A DNA stretch of 64,000 nt from Ruditapes philippinarum (taxonomy: Eukaryota). This document shows, piece after piece, positions 13,327 to 25,490 of this stretch; the first letter of the stretch is position 1; the number at the start of each line of letters is the position of its first letter. The DNA is taken from assembly GCF_026571515.1 (NCBI RefSeq), contig NW_026861130.1, positions 124,001 through 188,000 on the forward strand, given 5' to 3'. Position numbers and translations under genes: made by a program. Under the pieces are notes generated by a model. The model was not told the origin of the DNA. It ran no database searches and worked only from the letters and a program-made list of their open reading frames with translations.

Positions 13327-13587
13327 TATCATGACAGTTCATTAGTAATAAACTATACTTGGACTAAATTATTTTTCTTTTGTAGTTAACTTCTTCTGCC
13401 AAGATGATTTTGCTTAAATCTGGCAAAAAAAAATTGTTACTTTATATAACAAAATGTTCTTGTTTAATTGCGCCTATGTAGACGTTGTACACATTCATGA
13501 ATACGTAATAAAAAGCGAGGGTTATCAAAAGTGGGCCCTTTTTCTTCTCAGACAGACAACACAACTGTTATTCTCTGTTTCTTTCTT

Positions 13588-13602
13588 TTATTATTATTAT
13601 AA

Positions 13603-13654
<52 letters not shown>
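13588..13654. repeat. (TTA)n microsatellite
   Basis: About 20 TTA units with one interruption. Confidence 0.95.
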
Positions 13655-13656
<2 letters not shown>

Positions 13657-14025
13657 ACGTTCAAAAGTACTGTACAGTATAACCAAATAAATGATCCAAT
13701 ATTAAAAAAAAATAAAACATCGATATTGCTCGAGTCACAAATTCAATTCAAATGTAGTTTAAAAAGTTATGAAAACCCACATAAAAAAAATACAGGTAAG
13801 ACTTAAAGAATTGTTAAAAAGCGAAATTAAAAAATAATCAGTCCAAATGAACCTCTTAAATAAGCGAGTTTTAAGTGCTCTCTTAAACTCGGGTAGAGTT
13901 TCACAGCTTTTAAGTGTTCTAGGTATATAGGGCATTCCAGATTTTGGGGACTGCCGTCATAAACGCACGATCACCATAAGTCACATTCCTACTATGCGGT
14001 ACAACCAGTGTTAAACAATCATTCT
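13588..14025 (-). mobile_element. 5'-truncated L2/CR1-group LINE 3' end with (TAA)n tail
   Basis: Minus strand of ~14020-13845 reads LVVPHSRNVTYGDRAFMTAVPKIWNAL/PRTLKSCETLPEFKRALKTRLFKR (4-bp insertion at the slash), the usual L2/CR1 ORF2 C-terminus. It is followed by a 3' UTR and (TAA)n. Confidence 0.75.
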
Positions 14026-15259
14026 GGTACCTAAGTTGTTTTTTTCTTCTTTATTTCACAATTGTAATATAATATATAGTTGCTAACAATTTTTTTTTGG
14101 CAAACCCTATAAAACTCATGTTTGCCTTTTCTTAAGAATGAACCATTTATTCATTTCTGAGGCATAATGTGCCTTATATCAAATTAAACATAATTATGTG
14201 GCACTATATTTTTCTATTTCTTTTTTTTATTTCTTATTTCTTTAAGTTGTTCGCATTCTTTTTTTATCGTGTGACTATATAGTGTATGTAAATGTATTAA
14301 TTTTGTAAATTATTGTAACAATGGTGTGCCTTTGGTAAAATCTGATGAAATTCATGTTATTTTCCTCGGTTGTTCTATATGAGACGTTTTTTTATGTATG
14401 TGCTAAATTAACAACTTAACATATGTACATTGTACAACGAAATAATTGTCAAATAGAGCGCGTGCACCTCAGTATGTAATAAAAAGAAATGTCGTCAAAG
14501 TTCGAAAAGAACATTAGTCTGACAGTATACTTACTGTTTTATGCAGTTCGCGGACATTTATTTTCATTTTTAGTCAAGACAGCGTCAGATAGAGTTCTAT
14601 AAATAGTATATCAAGATATAATACAATGACATTATTTAAGCGGCATGCCTCCAGATTCATGCTTATTTTTATGAAAATTTTGAAAATGTATTCAAAATTA
14701 AAATGTTGTAAAGTGAGCAAAGAAACTATAATAATTTGCACATCGCAAACGGAGCATTTTATCCACGTAAAGTACCAAAACGAGGACAAAATATGCAAAA
14801 CTATTCCTTGCTACACTGTAAACATAATACATGTAATAAACTCAGTAGAATTGAAATATATGAATTGCACCGTGTGCGTGTAATAGGTTGAAAGAGTACT
14901 TATGTGGGCTCCAGTCTCACTGAGTGTTTCAAGTAAAACATTAAAACATAAAACAAAATTCAGTCATATACTTACCGACAACAGCAAACGGCCATATTTT
15001 ATCCACCGCTTCTGCGTCGAATACACCACCGCCGCTGTGATGGACCCACTGCTTCTGCGAAAGCTATGGCCAGTGTGTTCTTGAAATATTGCTAAATTGG
15101 ATGCTTGCAACTTTAATGGTTCAATAGTAGAATCGATGCCGAAATGTAGTCGACTTTTACTTTAAATAAAGCAAATGTTAGTTGGACAGTCGTCAAATTG
15201 AATCACCATTTCATTTTGAAATATTTTGTATCAGTCAATACCTGTTGAAATTTAACAGA

Positions 15260-16317
15260 ACAGAACAGAACAGAACAATTTTATTCATGACTTGTACAAT
15301 AAGTACATCATCACATATACACATATATACAATTTACAATATACACGGTGATAGAGCGTTTACCACAACTTTTCCGCGCAACGTCAAAATATCATACTTC
15401 TGACCGTGACACCGTATATTTCTGGGCGGGATAACCAAACTGCAGGTAATAGCTTACAAAATATCTTACTGCTGGACATTGAAAAATTATTCCAATTGTT
15501 TAAGTACTCCATCGAATTTTTGAAACAATTTATCGTTAATCTAGCACAACACAATTCACAAAAAATTACATACTTCGAAGAAAGATCGTGTTACCTCAAC
15601 ATGACTCGTACTTGTCAAAAAAACATGTGTTAAAACGACGATGTATTTGTTCTATGACCTTACGAGCTCGTGTATACATTATGGTTAGGCATAAATTCAA
15701 TTCCATACAAAATTGTGTGTTTCTATTGTAAATTTTAGGGAATATATGTTGAAAAAAGGCCTATTGACTCGAATATTGGAGCACCGTACAACACTGAATT
15801 CAAACACCGCATTCTTTTTCCGTTTGACCGATATATACTGGAACCGTTTTCATTTGCACCATACTTTATAAGTAATTGTTAATTGACCTGCTGTTATGTT
15901 ATGTTGCTGTTATAATCATATGTTATTTTATGGAAAACTTCTGAAGGTCTGGTCTATGTAAATAATACCAGTTAGGTAAGTGCAATGGTATCTATATAGA
16001 TTTTTTTCGAACTTATTCAAACGGATAAACCCCACATGGAAAGATCAAATTGTTAAATTGTTTCAAAAATTCGATGGAGTACTTAAACAATTGATATTTT
16101 GACGTTGCGCGGAAAGTTGTGGTAAACGCCCTATCACCGTGATGTAACACATGAAATTACATATTTACATTTCATATCAATTATCTTATGATGATGAACT
16201 ACAATTAATTGTAAGTAAATGTATGTCCAAGAGATAATGCATGTTTGATTTACAAAGCTAGATATTTCAAAAGCAACTTGTTTGTTAAATTAAAAAGATC
16301 TCAAAACTTATGAACAC
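15260..16317 (-). mobile_element. Old, heavily 5'-truncated RTEX-like LINE remnant with (TTCTG)n tail, interrupted by a DNA transposon
   Basis: 15-bp flanking duplication TTGAAATTTAACAGA at 15245-15259 and 16318-16332. Minus-strand SVHKF*DLFNLTNKLLLKYLAL*IKHALSL resembles the end of the 56.7-kb ORF2 (SMLKLTQLLNSTNVKVLNKLALFCRNAFKL). Same (ACAGA)n tail and AATAAA. Confidence 0.75.
15344..16141. mobile_element. Non-autonomous DNA transposon with CAC...GTG termini and long TIRs
   Basis: CACGGTGATAGAGCGTTTACCACAACTTTTCCGCGCAACGTCAAAATATCA is mirrored at ~16092-16141; a second inverted block pairs ~15493-15532 with ~16054-16093. Confidence 0.85.
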
Positions 16318-16824
16318 TTGAAATTTAACAGAGAGTCTGATAATAGTTCAATTCACTCGAACAGGGAATCGGGGGTTAAACACTAACACGACCATATTTT
16401 CACATATCGATCAGTTGTATTACACCAGTTCCGGTAGGCTTGTGGGTGAAAGAGGGGGGAAAAGTTCAAGCTAACTACACGCTAGCTTCACAACTGAGGT
16501 TAAGAGGAGATCTGCTAATATCATCACTTATCGCACTTATTTTTATATAGAAAGTTTAAAATTGACAAGATGTTTTAATTTTCTCTTTAGTATACGTCAG
16601 AGGTTTCCAGTACTAGTATTCAACAGCAGTGAACAATATCAATATAAACAACAAAAATAAATAATCGAACGGAGCAAGCAATTTCATGATATGAAAATTT
16701 GAAAAAAAAGTTTAGATCAAACTTATTAAAATACTCAACAAGTTTAAAGCAATATTTATAAACATGCAGGTTTTCTTTTTGTTTCTTTTTTTACCAGGCA
16801 TATCTCGTGACCACGATTTAATTT

Positions 16825-16885
16825 TTTGTTGTTGTTATTGTTATTATTGTTGTTGTTGTTGTTGTCGTCGTTATTGTTGTTGTTC
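16825..16885. repeat. Imperfect (TTG)n microsatellite
   Basis: ttgttgttgttattgttattattgttgttgttg... Confidence 0.85.
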
Positions 16886-17999
16886 TCCATTATCTCGTGG
16901 TCACATTCTAACCTTGTGTTTTATTATTCTTTTTTACTCCATTGTTTTATCTCGAGGTCACGAGGTAATTAAAATGCCCTGTTTGACTCCTATATGAGTT
17001 CCCGATTTTTTTTTCATTATCTTCGTTAAAGGCACATTATGCTTGAACAAATAGTTTTATTTCTTTAAAGTTTTTTATCTTTGGTATACCTCTATAGTAT
17101 CAAACGAATTACTCATTAGCCAATTACCTAAACTATCTTTTACATCTGTTGTTTCTTTGGCAATAAGTACAATTATAGTGAATTAGTATTTTGTATAAAT
17201 GTCTAAATACTAATTTGTTTACACTTTGCTACTTTTATTGTTTATTAAATTCATGTTTGCCCTTTCTTAAGAATTAAAATTTTATTTGTTTCTGAGGGCT
17301 TAGACATATTGTTTCTTTAAACAAAGGGTGCCGAAGTTTTGTTTACAACTGAATCGTCTTGAAGGTGAAAACGGGGTTTCAACAAGAATTATTGTTGTAC
17401 AAATTTCGTAACCATCGTTTTCTAAAATTATATAGCCTTTACCAAGCTGTAATAAAAGTAAATGATTTTGTTGTTGTTTTTTGTATATTTCACAAACTCC
17501 ATTGCGGTATCTGTAGGCCCCTAGGCTTAATAAAACTATACGTTTGGATCCATCTATATACAGAATTTATTATAATTTATTATATCCCAACTTCTATGAG
17601 GACTTTAGGGCATGCCTCCATATTTTCTCGTATATTTTGTACTACATATAAATATGTTTACAAAATACGGGTAGACAAACTAATTCTATTTATTTTATCA
17701 CTTTAATGAAAGCGTACAGTAGGCAGCTACGCCACTGTAAGTACACATGTACTTTGATATGAGACATGTTTGCATTTATATCATATATATTTAAAAATGG
17801 CATTACAATTTAACTACTGTCAGATGTAAATAATGTAGTCAACTAAATACTGTATCAATATCATTACAAACACTAATAAGATTAAAATTGAAAAACATGG
17901 CAAAATGATCATTTAGGAAAGTGCAACCATATAACTCAAAAAATAGTCGCAAACTAAACTTATAAGTAGCGTTTGTCTCCCTTGGATTATTAAGCGCGT

Positions 18000-18109
18000 A
18001 AGGTCGTATGGATTATTCTTCTTTGTACTAGAATATTCTACGGGCTTTTTTTAGCTGAACAGTAATTTTATCGAGAAAAATCTCGAATAATCAAAAACTA
18101 TATATAAGC
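18000..18109 (+). promoter_or_regulatory. HSP70-B promoter: TATA box and heat-shock elements
   Basis: CTAGAATATTCTA (18028-18040, nGAAnnTTCn), GAGAAaaaTCTCGAA near 18073-18087, TCAAAAACTATATATAAGC (18091-18109), and a 19-bp block shared with copy A (18000-18018). Confidence 0.8.
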
Positions 18110-18255
18110 AAGTAAAGAAGCGCCCAAACAAACAAAGTTAAAATTAAGACTTGAGAAAATAAATAAACTGTGAAAATAAAATTGCAACTACAGGATTATA
18201 TATAGAGTTACATTGCTTGATACAAACTTTATATATTAAGGCAAATTAAAACAGT

Positions 18256-20175
18256 ATGAGTGCGCCAGCGATAGGAATAGATCTCGGAACCACATATTCT
18301 TGTGTTGGGGTATTCCAGCACGGGAAAGTGGAAATCATCGCAAATGACCAGGGCAACAGGACCACACCTAGCTACGTCGCGTTCACAGACTCCGAGAGAT
18401 TAATTGGTGATGCAGCCATGAATCAAGCTGCGATGAACCCGGCAAACACGGTCTTTGATGCAAAACGACTGATAGGTCGCAAGTTCGATGATCCGAGCGT
18501 TCAGAATGATGCCAAACACTGGCCGTTCAAGATCGTCAACGAGGGAGGCAAACCGAAAATCCGAGCGGAGTACAAAGGAGAAAATAAAACTTTTGCACCG
18601 GAAGAAATTAGTTCAATGGTTCTTACAAAAATGAAGGAAACTGCAGAGGCATATCTTGGTCAGAAAATTAAAAACGCTGTCGTTACAGTTCCAGCTTATT
18701 TCAATGACGCTCAAAGACTTGCCACTAAAGACGCCGGGGCAATTGCTGGACTTAATGTTATGAGAATTATCAACGAGCCGACGGCCGCTGCTTTAGCGTA
18801 TGGACTTGATAAAAACTTAAACGATGAAAAGAATGTGTTAATATTTGACCTTGGAGGAGGAACATTTGATGTGTCAATTCTTACAATTGATGAAGGATCT
18901 ATTTTCGAAGTGAGATCTACAGCAGGAGATACACATCTTGGAGGTGAGGATTTTGATAACAGAATGGTCAACCACTTTGTTGAGGAGTTTAAACGTAAAA
19001 ATAAAAAGGACATTAGTAAAAATTCACGAAGTTTGCGTCGATTGAGGACGGCATGTGAGCGAGCAAAGAGAACATTGTCTAGCAGTGCCGAAGCAAATAT
19101 CGAAATTGACTCTCTGTTTGAAGGCATTGACTTTTATACAAAAATAACGAGAGCAAGGTTCGAGGAATTGTGTTCCGACCTGTTTCGGGCAACTATGGAA
19201 CCGGTAGAAAAAGCTCTCCGTGATGCTAAGCTTGATAAATCTAAGATACATGAAGTTGTTCTTGTTGGTGGATCAACAAGAATTCCAAAGATTCAGAAAC
19301 TGTTACAGGACTTTATGAATGGTAAGGAACTGAACAAATCTATCAACCCTGACGAGGCTGTAGCATACGGCGCTGCTGTCCAGGCAGCCATATTGTCTGG
19401 TGATACATCAGAAGCAATCAAAGATGTTCTTCTAGTCGATGTTGCTCCTCTTTCACTTGGTATTGAAACAGCAGGTGGTGTTATGACAAAAATCATTGAA
19501 CGGAATACCAAGATTCCGACGAAAGCGTCTCAGATTTTTACAACATATTCTGACAATCAACCAGCAGTCAGTATTCAGGTGTTTGAAGGTGAAAGAGCAA
19601 TGACAAAGGACAATAATTTACTAGGACGCTTTGACCTCACCGGAATTCCACCAGCACCACGTGGAGTACCACAAATTGAGGTGACTTTCGATATTGACGC
19701 TAATGGAACTTTGAATGTTTCTGCTCAAGACAAGAGTAACAATAAAATGAACAAAATTACGATAAAGAATGAGCGAGGTCGGCTTTCAAAAGATGATATT
19801 GACAGAATGGTGAATGAAGCAGAAAAATATCGTGAAGAGGACGAGAAACAAAGACAGAGAGTGGATGCACGAAATAAACTCGAAGCATATGTGTTCAGTG
19901 TGAAACAGTCTGTATCAGAAGTTTCAGACGATAAATTGTCGTCTGATGAAAAAGAAACTGTGAAACACACGTGCGAAGAATGTGTGAAATGGTTGGACAG
20001 TAATACAACAGCCGAGAAAGAGGAGTTCGAATACAAACTTGAGGAAATCCAGAAGAAAATATCACCAATTATGGTTAAACTTCACGGAGGAAGAAATCAA
20101 GGTCAACAACAGTATGGGGGCTCACAGAACGCCGGAGCCGGACATGGTGGACCAACTGTTGAGGAAGTCGATTAA
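18256..20175 (+). CDS. HSP70: Cytosolic inducible-type heat shock protein 70, intronless (copy B)
   Basis: 639 aa, same signatures and EEVD terminus; seven amino-acid differences from copy A by visual comparison. Confidence 0.98.
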   Translation: MSAPAIGIDLGTTYSCVGVFQHGKVEIIANDQGNRTTPSYVAFTDSERLIGDAAMNQAAMNPANTVFDAKRLIGRKFDDPSVQNDAKHWPFKIVNEGGKPKIRAEYKGENKTFAPEEISSMVLTKMKETAEAYLGQKIKNAVVTVPAYFNDAQRLATKDAGAIAGLNVMRIINEPTAAALAYGLDKNLNDEKNVLIFDLGGGTFDVSILTIDEGSIFEVRSTAGDTHLGGEDFDNRMVNHFVEEFKRKNKKDISKNSRSLRRLRTACERAKRTLSSSAEANIEIDSLFEGIDFYTKITRARFEELCSDLFRATMEPVEKALRDAKLDKSKIHEVVLVGGSTRIPKIQKLLQDFMNGKELNKSINPDEAVAYGAAVQAAILSGDTSEAIKDVLLVDVAPLSLGIETAGGVMTKIIERNTKIPTKASQIFTTYSDNQPAVSIQVFEGERAMTKDNNLLGRFDLTGIPPAPRGVPQIEVTFDIDANGTLNVSAQDKSNNKMNKITIKNERGRLSKDDIDRMVNEAEKYREEDEKQRQRVDARNKLEAYVFSVKQSVSEVSDDKLSSDEKETVKHTCEECVKWLDSNTTAEKEEFEYKLEEIQKKISPIMVKLHGGRNQGQQQYGGSQNAGAGHGGPTVEEVD

Positions 20176-20904
20176 ATGAATAATTCTATTTTATAGACAT
20201 TTCAATCCTTTTTAGACATTAAAGACTTTTAATTATTTTGTAATATCGTTGTAAAAATGTGATGTAAAACTGTATTGTTGTAAAAATAGTGCTATACAAT
20301 TTATGTAATGCTTAAAACATTGATTATAAATGTTAATTTATTTGAAGCAGTATCAATGTACTGAACAATTATATGCTTACTTTTTTAATGATAATAATTT
20401 ACAACAATGTAATGAAAAAAGAATTTGATAACTAGTCCTTCATTGTACATGTTTTGTGCATTAACTGTAAATATTTGTGTATATATCTTATTTTTGAAAT
20501 ATGATTATTTATTTTGTAAACTTCAGACATACATAAATAAACTTTGATAAACTTGCATTTGATTGTATTAATTGTTATTTGTTCAAATTATCCAATGTAC
20601 AGGTATTGTAATGGAGAGAGTTTCCATAAATACCTATGTAGTGACTTAAATAAAACATTAAAATTGATGATAAGCAGTTATTGTCCAATCATATAAATAT
20701 AAAGGACCAGATAATATTATATGGTCATCTGAAAGTTTTTCTTCACTGCTTCTCAAAACAATACTTCAATAATTGAATCTTATGTGACAAGACTTTGTAA
20801 TTTTAATGCTTATAACGTATATCATGATGCATTTGTTGTTCGACAATAAGATTATTAACTTTACTGTATATAAACTAAAGCATGAGATATATCAACTTAT
20901 TAAT

Positions 20905-21053
20905 ATAACTGCGAAAATGAAGAGGGAAATGTATGGTCCAACTTAAACTGGTATATAGGTTGAACGTCCATTCTCTCCATTTTCCTACGAACTTTTTCCA
21001 GGAGACGACCGACATAACCCGAGAGTCTGTGTATTTTCCATTTCCGCAGTTAT
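20905..21053. mobile_element. Short element bounded by ~17-bp inverted repeats (MITE-like)
   Basis: ATAACTGCGAAAATGAA ... TCCATTTCCGCAGTTAT. Confidence 0.45.
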
Positions 21054-21279
21054 TACACTACGTAAATAAATCCGTCTGGCAGTCAAAATATTCAAAATTG
21101 TAAAATCATATAAAACAGATAATATGCCTTTAATAATTGCTATAAAATATCACTTGTATCAAATTATATTATTATACCCGTCGTAGATTAGCTAATCGTA
21201 TCAGTTTATTGACACAGTCTAATACTTTTTGAAGTATCAAATTTCGGCCGCTTTCTTATTTATGATTTATCTGAGTTTC

Positions 21280-21475
21280 NNNNNNNNNNNNNNNNNNNNN
21301 NNNNNNNNNNNNNNNNNNNNNNNNNNNNNNNNNNNNNNNNNNNNNNNNNNNNNNNNNNNNNNNNNNNNNNNNNNNNNNNNNNNNNNNNNNNNNNNNNNNN
21401 NNNNNNNNNNNNNNNNNNNNNNNNNNNNNNNNNNNNNNNNNNNNNNNNNNNNNNNNNNNNNNNNNNNNNNNNNNN
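21280..21475. other. Assembly gap (N run)
   Basis: Run of N bases. Confidence 1.
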
Positions 21476-22036
21476 CATGGTTTAAATGAGTTGGTGGACC
21501 TGAAATGCTACTAGGAGCAATATATTGCAACCACGAGCGGACACTTTATATATATTATATATGTCTCTAAGCTAGCCTAAAGTTGATTATTTAATACCGA
21601 ATTCAATGGGTTCATAAGTAATTATTTTTATATTCACAATATATGCAATAGTTAACAAGACCTATGTTACAGATAGTGTTATCAATTTTAACCAATGAAT
21701 CCATATCAGAAAATGACATCTTTCTGGATACACTCAATTGACATATGAAATAGTAGGAGTTAATACTGGCTACATTTTCTCTAAACTCCTGTCTCGCTTA
21801 TTGGTGATCAATTACAATTTAGCTGGCGGCGAGGCAATACGTTTTTAATCTTTCAGAATTAAATAGCAGACTGAAAAAAATCTTGTTCGATCTTATACGA
21901 CTCTTTTTCTTCAAAAACTATTGAGAGAAAATAAATTCATTTTAGATAAGAAAATTTAATTGAACTGTAATGTATTCGGGATTGTTTAAATTGTGAGTTA
22001 TACTTCTTGCATATTGTGAACGTGAGTGACAGTTGA

Positions 22037-24769
22037 ATGGCCGAACCGGAAGCAGAGCCAGAAGTAGAGCCGGAGCCGGAACCGGAAAGTGAGGCTGAAT
22101 CAGAAATCACCGGAAGTAGTAACACAGAACCGGAACCTAATTGGTCAACTGCTTTCGATCAGTGGGGACCAGCATGGCATTTGCATGTTTACATTGTCGC
22201 AACGGCTTTTATGTTAATAGCAATATTTACAGCAATGAGTATGGTTGTTTATTTACGGGATAAACGTTTGTTAAAACAAGGGACGTTGACGTTCACGTTA
22301 CAATGTCTCTTACTTTATTTTACCCTATTACGGTCATTAGTTATGTTCATCAACCCGTATCAAACATCTGATACCATCAATGATACAGTGTTTCACATGA
22401 TGTGGTCATTTGCACTTCCAGGATTGACGGCGTCATTCAGTGTGCTACTTTTGGTGTTTTTAGATACGACGAAAATGACATTAGGACCTCCTCTTTTTCA
22501 AAAACTCTCAGTGCTTTTGGTATTTACTGCCTGCCATTTTGTTATCGTTGTACTCTCTGACGTTATTTGTATACTGAGTGAGAGCTCCTGCAAACCCATG
22601 TTGATGTTTTGTCAGTCACTATTTATACTATACGGGACATCGTTGTCCGCCGGATATTTATACACGGCGGTATCCCTCCACCGGAAATGCGTCACAGGCG
22701 TAATAAGTGGTAAGAAAATAGCATCTTAATTTTTTTCAGTTACAGAAAAATTTGCAAATTTTGCAAAATATCGCACAACAAAAAAACCTACTACTATTAC
22801 ATAATTTTGTTCTCCTTGCATCTTTTTTAAGATATGTTAAAATCAAAACACAGATTTTAAATGATATTTTCCCAATAAAATCCATGGAATGGAAACACAA
22901 ATACAATCGTCAAGAACTAGATACTACGGTGGTTAATGCATGATATATTTAATTGATATTTTGCTACACTTGATTTGTTTCACAGAAAACTTATTTTTTT
23001 GCTTTGAAGACATATGAAAAGTTTGCTATATATACATTCCTTTTTGCGAATTGTTTAGAATTAAATGAAAATAATTTCACCATAGAACTTTTAATTGATA
23101 GAAATGTGTTTTAATGAGGTTTTCCATAACATTCCCATGAAATAAATTTATAAAAATAATGAATAATAGTATGAACATTTTAAACAAGTGTATATAAAGT
23201 TTTGATCACTTCACTACGGTGTACCGTTAGGACAATCATTTCTTCGTATTGCCAAGCAGATTTAAAACGCTTCTCTATACGAAACGATACGCCGAAGCGA
23301 CAAGACAATACGCCGAAAGTGACGGTACGATACGAAAATCCAAAAATAAATTACCCTCAAATCTAGTGACGCAGAAATGTGAAAATAAGGCAAAAAATCA
23401 TTTATGCAATAGAAACGGAAAACAGTGCAATTCTATGGCCGAAACGAGCACCACGGGATGAAAATAAAGCAATAACTATGTTTTATAGGAAATCAAAATG
23501 AAATAAATGAATAAGCGAATACGGTTGCTGAGACATTACATTTTAAACTCATTAAAACATTTCTAAGAAAGTGTGAGGTTTTTCCCCCAAGATCATTAGT
23601 GAGAGCTAGCATATTGAAGGCAAATTTTGTGTTGCGTGATACAGTTACTTATAAAATGCAATATTATCTTTGATATTTGATATACATAATAAGACATTTG
23701 TCATATTACACGGAAATTAGCAGATAAAATGTGACCGAGACAATATTTATTAATCAAAGCCGATTTCGTGGTTGATAGACCGGAACAACTATATTATCAT
23801 TATTATTTACTAGTTTAACACTTCTTACTAGCAATTCAATTATGTTCAGGATGAGTTAAATCAATTAACGTATATATTTTAAATGCTACTTAAACAGGAT
23901 GAATAATTTCCTGACCTTATTGTTAGATGATTGTTTATCAGTTAAGTACGGTGTTCCATTGGGCCATCGTTTCTTCGCATCAACGTAACACTCCGATAAA
24001 CAAAGTGATACGGCGACTGGACGCGCGGAGGCGACGGGACATCGCAAAAAAACACCCTTTACATCGTATCATTCGCACCGTGCAATTGCTTTGTCGCATC
24101 ATCTTATCGTATCGTCACATCAGCGTATCGCCTCGTTGTGATATCGCTATAGATCGTATCGTCACTTCGGTGCATGGGAGTATCGTTACTTTGCACCGAA
24201 TTAACGTCACTTTGCTTCGATTTATCGTCTCGTCGTGTCATCGATTTATCGTATGTTCGCTTCGGTGCGTTATGACGTTTCTTTTGCTCATGTGCATACG
24301 TATTTATACCCCCCTCAACATTCATCTTTATATTTTACCTATCATACTAAGATGACACGAGGAGACCAATAAAGACACTAAAACTCATAGTAATTTTATA
24401 ACAATCGACATTTATGTTTATATATTTTCAGCCGCAGAAAACAAGAAAATGTTGCGACTCATAAGAATATCTGGGTTTGGTGCAATCATAGCATTTTCTA
24501 TTGCCGTAACCCACCTTTACGCTGCATGCAGTAAATTTGGTATTTATAGTGACGTCACATACGTTAACGCCTGGGATTGGTGGGTTCTACAGTCAGTCCT
24601 AAGAGTTGAAGAAATAACGTCATCTTGTCTTATACTTTTGATTGCGTTCAGGAATCCTTTTTCCGACACCTGCAAAATAAAGCAATGGATGACGAACTCC
24701 TTAAACAGAAAAACGAATCCATTGCAAAACACGGCTATAACAGTGATTGATAAAACAGAAATGCCGTAA
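22037..24769 (+). CDS. Seven-transmembrane protein with N-terminal Glu-Pro repeat, proline-rich transmembrane protein 3/4 (PRRT3/PRRT4)-like
   Basis: Exons 22037-22709 (donor GTAAGA, phase 1) and 24432-24769 (acceptor TTTTCAG) join in frame to give ~336 aa. EPEPNW...WGPAWHLHVY motif followed by seven hydrophobic segments. Confidence 0.8.
23215..24302. mobile_element. Two related CpG-rich MITE-like remnants in the 7TM-gene intron
   Basis: Similar starts TACGGTGTACCGTTAGG (23215) and TACGGTGTTCCATTGGG (23947); internal ATCGTCAC/ACGATA subrepeats; the other ends are unclear. Confidence 0.4.
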
Positions 24770-25289
24770 CGGATTGACTGTCTCGTAACAGAGGTTAGAG
24801 TACCACATGGGAATTTTTACATCAAAAGGAAATAAACTTTTATAATGTTGGCACGTTGTGTGCAAAGCTCTTGTATCCACTTTTATAGCATCTCCGATGT
24901 TCCCTAGAATAAATAAAATTCATTAAATTGTATGTACGATAAGCACGAGTTTAGCTAAAGTGTTGTTGTCACAGGACAGGATTCAAGAACTAGTATAAAG
25001 AACATCTGTTGTTAGGTATATACGAGTATATTCTTGTTTTGATACTCGAAGAAGCTGCATACATATGCACAGATTATAAGCCATCTTATTGATAATTATA
25101 GATAATAAATACTGCATTAAATTTATAATGTACTAGTATATGATGGTTTGTATTCATATGTCTCGCTCAAAGGAATCATTAGGAATATCGCTATAACTTT
25201 GGAGTCAGAAGGAAAAAAGTATATTCTAATTGCACAAGATTCTACTTGGCTACATACACCATGTATAAATATATAAATATTGTCAGTTG

Positions 25290-25490
25290 ATGTTGTTTTT
25301 GGTTTGTTTTGTTGTTGTTTATGATTTTTTTTTTTTTTTTTTTGGGGGGGGGGGAGGGTGTTGTTTTGTTGTGGTTGTTGTAATGGTGGTTGTTGTTACT
25401 ACTGCTGCTGCTGTTGTTGTTGTTGCTGCTACTGCTTGCTTATTTATTTATTTGCTTATTTATTTATTTATTTATTTATTTATCTATATA
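25290..25490. repeat. Compound simple-repeat tract (poly-T, poly-G, TTG/CTG, TTTA)
   Basis: Directly visible low-complexity runs. Confidence 0.9.

Noticed and set aside
13454-13690. Poly-Leu ORF, and poly-Cys/poly-Val ORFs at 16764-16997 and 25287-25631
   Set aside because: Translations of microsatellites, not metallothionein-like or membrane peptides.
14113-17300. ~50-bp direct repeat (CATGTTTGCCYTTTCTTAAGAAT) at ~14115 and ~17250 as possible LTRs
   Set aside because: Too short, no TG...CA ends, PBS or internal gag/pol; probably fragments of a dispersed repeat.
23927-24355. 142-aa Arg/Ile-rich ORF in the 7TM-gene intron
   Set aside because: Overlaps a CpG-rich MITE-like remnant with short subrepeats; no domain similarity.
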